This document shows positions 60,101 through 64,000 of a DNA stretch of 64,000 nucleotides, piece by piece. A program made the translations under genes and the position numbers. A model generated the notes under the pieces. The model saw nothing but the letters and a program-made list of their open reading frames with translations. It did not search any database and was not told where the DNA came from. Each line of letters opens with the position of its first letter. Positions within the stretch are counted from its first letter, which is position 1. Source of the DNA: Hemiscyllium ocellatum (Eukaryota); the NCBI RefSeq assembly GCF_020745735.1, contig NW_026867509.1:682001-746000 (forward strand), read 5' to 3'.

Positions 60101-60930
60101 GTATGCCTTATTCTTAGGATATGTTCCAGAAGGGGCCCTTTGCAGTTCTGACAGTGTGGCCCTCAGTGGAGGCACAGCTCACTGTACAGAGGTTAGGTGG
60201 TGGCACATGGTTGCGAGTGTTGAGTGGAGAATCCTGAAGGAAAACCATTGTTGATATTTTCAGTCTGTACTGGTTGTCCTGTTGGGATCTAAACTGTGCT
60301 GGTTTGAATGTAGTTCGGTTTTCATGTGGGATCCGTTGGTTCTGGAGGCAAACACTGAGGAGACCGATGTAGCTGTGGTCTCGAGTCTGTTTCAGGACAT
60401 GGTTGAAGAGCTTCAGGGCAGAGGAAATGATCTGGGGGTTGAAGTAAGAGAGAGACTCACTGAGATCTTTGTAGAGAGAGGGGAACTTCTTCAAGGACGG
60501 CATCCTTGCAAGAGGATTCGCACTAAGATTAAAATCAACTTGGCGAAAGTGAGGACTGCAGATGCTGGAGATCAGAGTCAAGATTAGATTGGTGCTGGAA
60601 AAGCACAGCAGGTCAGGCAGCATCCGTGGAGCAGGAAAACCGGCGTTTTGGGCAAAAGCTCTTCAGCAGGAATGAGGCTGGAAGCGTTTGGTGTGGAGAA
60701 ATAGATGTGAGGGGGTTGGGGTTGAGGAGAAGGTAACTAACAGTCCAATACGTGGATGGAGGTGAGGATGAAGGTGATAGGTCGGAGAGGAGGGTGGAAC
60801 AGATCAATTGGAAGGAAGATTAGCAGGTAGGGCAGGTCATGAGGATAATGCTGAGTTGGAAGGTTGGAACTCAGGTAAGGTGGGGGAGGGGAAATAAGGA
60901 ATCTGGTAAAGTCCACATTGATGGTCTGGG
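57187..60930 (-). mobile_element. Near-full-length decayed Penelope-like retroelement (RT plus GIY-YIG) with ~350-bp terminal direct repeats (57187-57545, 60548-60925)
   Basis: PNYACLFVGYVEQSISRSYTGTTPHLFLYYIDGCI (Penelope RT), CGLLYIGETGR (GIY-YIG); both ends start gaggactgcagatgctg.agatca.agtcaag.ttaga.tggtgctg.aaaagcacagcaggtcaggcagc. Confidence 0.92.
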
Positions 60931-62352
60931 TTTGAGGCCTTCAAAACTGGAAGATGAGCCGTCTTCTGTCAACTACAAAGCCTTTCATTTTTAATCAGTG
61001 TTGTTACTGTATAGTAAGAGATTAATTATTGACAGTTACATGGTCAACGTAAACACTCCCATCATGCAAAAGAATAATTTGCATTATCTTTCGAAATGTG
61101 GAGATTTCTGGAAGTGTCAAACAACATTGAACAGACGTGTTCTGTTTCCGTTACAGCTCTTCATTGCTGCATATATAAAATGGCGACTTTAGAGAGGAAA
61201 TCACAGTTAAACCTGTACCTGATGGGTTGAAGTCCACAATAAGTTCGAGAGAACGACAGATTTTGCTTCCAGCACGATTTTTTTTGAAATAAATGGATTT
61301 TAATCCAAACCAGTACTCCCTTCAAATACTAGCACGAATTCCAGATGTTTGTTTGATTAACTAAATTCAAGTTACCACGTTGCATGAGCAGAATTCAGAT
61401 CATGAAATGACATTGTTATTCCAGAACGAGAGAATTTGTGATCCGGTGCACAACATTGATGTTAACAAAGCTGGACTTCGGCAATGACGAGTTTGGAGCT
61501 TCCTTTTCTCAAAATATTAGTGCAATAGTCTTGCCTACAAAACCTCTAAATGCACAAGTTGCCACAACATTTTGCTCCATAATTGTGCCTCATTATTATT
61601 GTTATTATTCCTGTCATGAAATACTTCACTCCACACTTGTAAAAAAGCGGAATTTATATCGAGTTCAAATTGAAGCCTTTCTTCCCTTCTTTGAATTTAA
61701 ACTTTCAGACACACTTGTCAATTTATGTCGGTTTTAAGCAAGTTAAATCACCGAAGAAGCGATGATAATCCGACCTTCATTGACTGTGAAATTAAAATAC
61801 AGATAAGAACCTGATTCACACTCTTTGTGCATACTAATAATTTTGGTGCAAAGGTTTTCATTTCCATTTTGCATCATAGTGAGAATTGCGTTTTGTCCAT
61901 TGTAACTTACGCAGTTCATAGAGCAGTTACTCGTGTTACTGCTGAAATGGGACCATTCAATGAATTGGATTTCCTACACATTGTATTTAGAGAGACACGA
62001 GAAAAGGGCATTTGTGTTCAGACACAGTATATAATTGTGATGTAGAGAGCTCTGACGATTGGGAGAGTCAGACAGGTTCTCGGGGGACTGCAAATACATA
62101 GATGCAGACAAAGACAGTATATGGAAACAGGAAAACAACCGGAAAACGTAATATTCTCTGAACAACAGTGATTGGTGTTCTACTTTCGTCAGCTCTGAGC
62201 GGTCAAGCAATCCTGTTTCATCCGAAACGCATCCTCTCTTTTTCCCCAGGACAAAGTGTGCACCTGATCTGACTTCACTGTTCCACATCGGATTGGAGTT
62301 CTTATCTTATTTCATAGACTCCGTTATTACTGTGCAAATGTGGAGAAAGAAA

Positions 62353-62784
62353 ATGTTCCTCCCGTACTCCTTACTAATAATAGTGGTGGTGCTGCGTGGT
62401 AAGTCTATGTTTAAGCATGCAATATCTCCTACACGAGTGATGTTCCCTCCGAGACATTCGATATATTTGTCTTTTTGCAGGAACTAATGGCGAAGATGCA
62501 GTTTTCCAAGATCCACACGAAGTAATGGTCCTGGAGCGAGAGAATATAACATTGAATTGCAGCTACTCGACATCTTCTTTTAAAGCTCTGTTCTGGTACA
62601 TTCAGCATCCTGGGGATGAACCGAGATATTTCGTGAAAATATACAGCACGGGGAAGGTAGAAAGGTCTAAAGAATTTCAAGACAGATTCTCTGCTGTTTT
62701 GAACAGGCAAAGCCAGACGTTTTCTTTAAAAGTCTCTCCAGTTCTTCTCACCGATAGCGTCATGTATTTCTGTGCCATGGAGCC
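62353..62784 (+). CDS. Intact TCR alpha/delta V gene segment: leader 62353-62398, V exon 62481-62784
   Basis: MFLPYSLLIIVVVLR-g|gtaagt, 82-nt intron, tttgcag| then GTNGEDAVFQDPHEVMVLERENITLNCSYSTSSFKALFWYIQHPGDEPRYFVKIYSTGKVERSKEFQDRFSAVLNRQSQTFSLKVSPVLLTDSVMYFCAMEP. Confidence 0.95.
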
Positions 62785-62822
62785 CACACTGCTGCAGATA
62801 TCGTCGTCCCTGCACAAAAACC
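62785..62822 (+). other. RSS of the intact V (22-nt spacer, 23-class)
   Basis: CACACTG - ctgcagatatcgtcgtccctgc (22 nt) - ACAAAAACC. Confidence 0.92.
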
Positions 62823-64000
62823 CACACTGAGAGTTCCAATTTATGTCCAGTTGAGGGTGCTGTCACAACGATAAACCAAAACTATAATCCAGCCTCAAGA
62901 ACATTAGACACAGAATCATTCATGAAATATGAAAACAAAGCACAACACTTCTTCTCAAATTTCGCTTGCAATCGCCGGAACATGAAGTTTATAAATTGTG
63001 ATGTTGTACACTGAAGATGTTGCTCGTTGATGAGGTTATGTTGGCCTTTTTTTATATATATTTCTTTTTAGACGTGTCGTAAAGGAAGAGATTCGAACTG
63101 TTCTGAAGGCATCTCATTGAAAAGGCATTTCAACTTTGTTTCAAGAAAAATCTATCTTGCGCAATAAAAGTCAGTAGGCCATTATCCCACTTCAGGTTTT
63201 GGTTTGGTTGGAGCAAGCAATCAATTTGAGGCTGCTGGTCAAATAAACAGCTTCATGATGATCCTTTCTCTTTCTCTTGACATCTCTTCTGTACGAACTT
63301 CCGTTTTATTTTACCTTTTTTTTCAAGGGGAAATTTATGGGGATGCTCCACGTATTTGGAATAGCATCACTAAGTTGCAATAGTGTCCATTGGGTTTTCA
63401 GATAGTTTAAGATACTCTCAATTCTGTTCTCTTTTGTTTGCGTTTCGTTCTTTAGTCTGCAAATAAATTCTATTTTGTTTAAAAATGAGTGATTGGACCA
63501 GTTGCATCACACCTAAAATATTCACTTACAGCTGTTGAAAGCAACCAGAAAAGTTAGGATCTGGGCTGCATTCCTGTAATGATTTGTTGGGTTATGGTCT
63601 GGTCCAGAAAAAGATTCATGTATATTTAGACATCTTTCAAATGTATTTTCCTGTATACTTTACTTGCATCTCTTTCTTCCTGTCTACTGTCTGTTTGTTA
63701 ATCCCGTTGAAAGCTGTTGCTATTCAAGATTATCTGATCAGAACGACACTGCTTCATGAATATTTACATAAAATGAGCACATTTTACAAGTTAAGTTTGA
63801 AATTTTCACTCTCGAGAGCAGACTCCCCACAATTCTGATTGTTTTCTCCGATATCCGTTCATTGCTTTCTGACGATAATCATGAAATAATACTCACCTCT
63901 AAATTGACCGCACAATTGCTACAAGCCCATCTCGACAATATAAGCATTATGCAGGCATTAATGGCGATTGGGATTGGTCTAGTTCATTGAGAGCTAGTCT

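Noticed and set aside
1-64000. CRISPR array, rRNA genes, prokaryotic operons or defence systems
   Set aside because: The window is intron-containing vertebrate DNA. The only regularly spaced repeats are LINE/SINE tails, microsatellites and RSSs.

Overview
This is vertebrate, not prokaryotic, DNA. It is a cartilaginous-fish T-cell receptor alpha/delta V region, probably from a carpet/bamboo-type shark judging by the HE1-type SINEs, CR1 and Penelope families. Read by hand on both strands, it contains the following. (1) Two decayed NAR-TCR cassettes: IgNAR-like leader-V with a 23-RSS, a 16-nt D flanked 12/12, and a J with a 23-RSS, at ~13.2-14.5 kb and ~40.7-42.2 kb. The second cassette keeps its leaderless 'supporting' TCR-delta V at 45.5-45.8 kb. 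(2) Two conventional TCR V exons with open frames and good RSSs: 24.2-24.6 kb on the minus strand, and 62.4-62.8 kb on the plus strand, fully intact. Further V pseudogenes and relics lie at ~3.7 kb and ~55.3 kb. (3) Two intact two-exon GPR139-like class A GPCR genes interleaved among the V segments. (4) A deleted class I (gamma/epsilon-like) endogenous retrovirus with gag, pro, RNase H, integrase, env and one LTR. (5) A near-full Penelope-like element with terminal direct repeats carrying hammerhead-ribozyme relics. (6) Many CR1 LINE fragments, SINEs and C2H2 zinc-finger relics. Most short ORFs in the supplied track are noise or antisense shadows. All coordinates, spacer counts and translations were done by eye; mobile-element boundaries are approximate.
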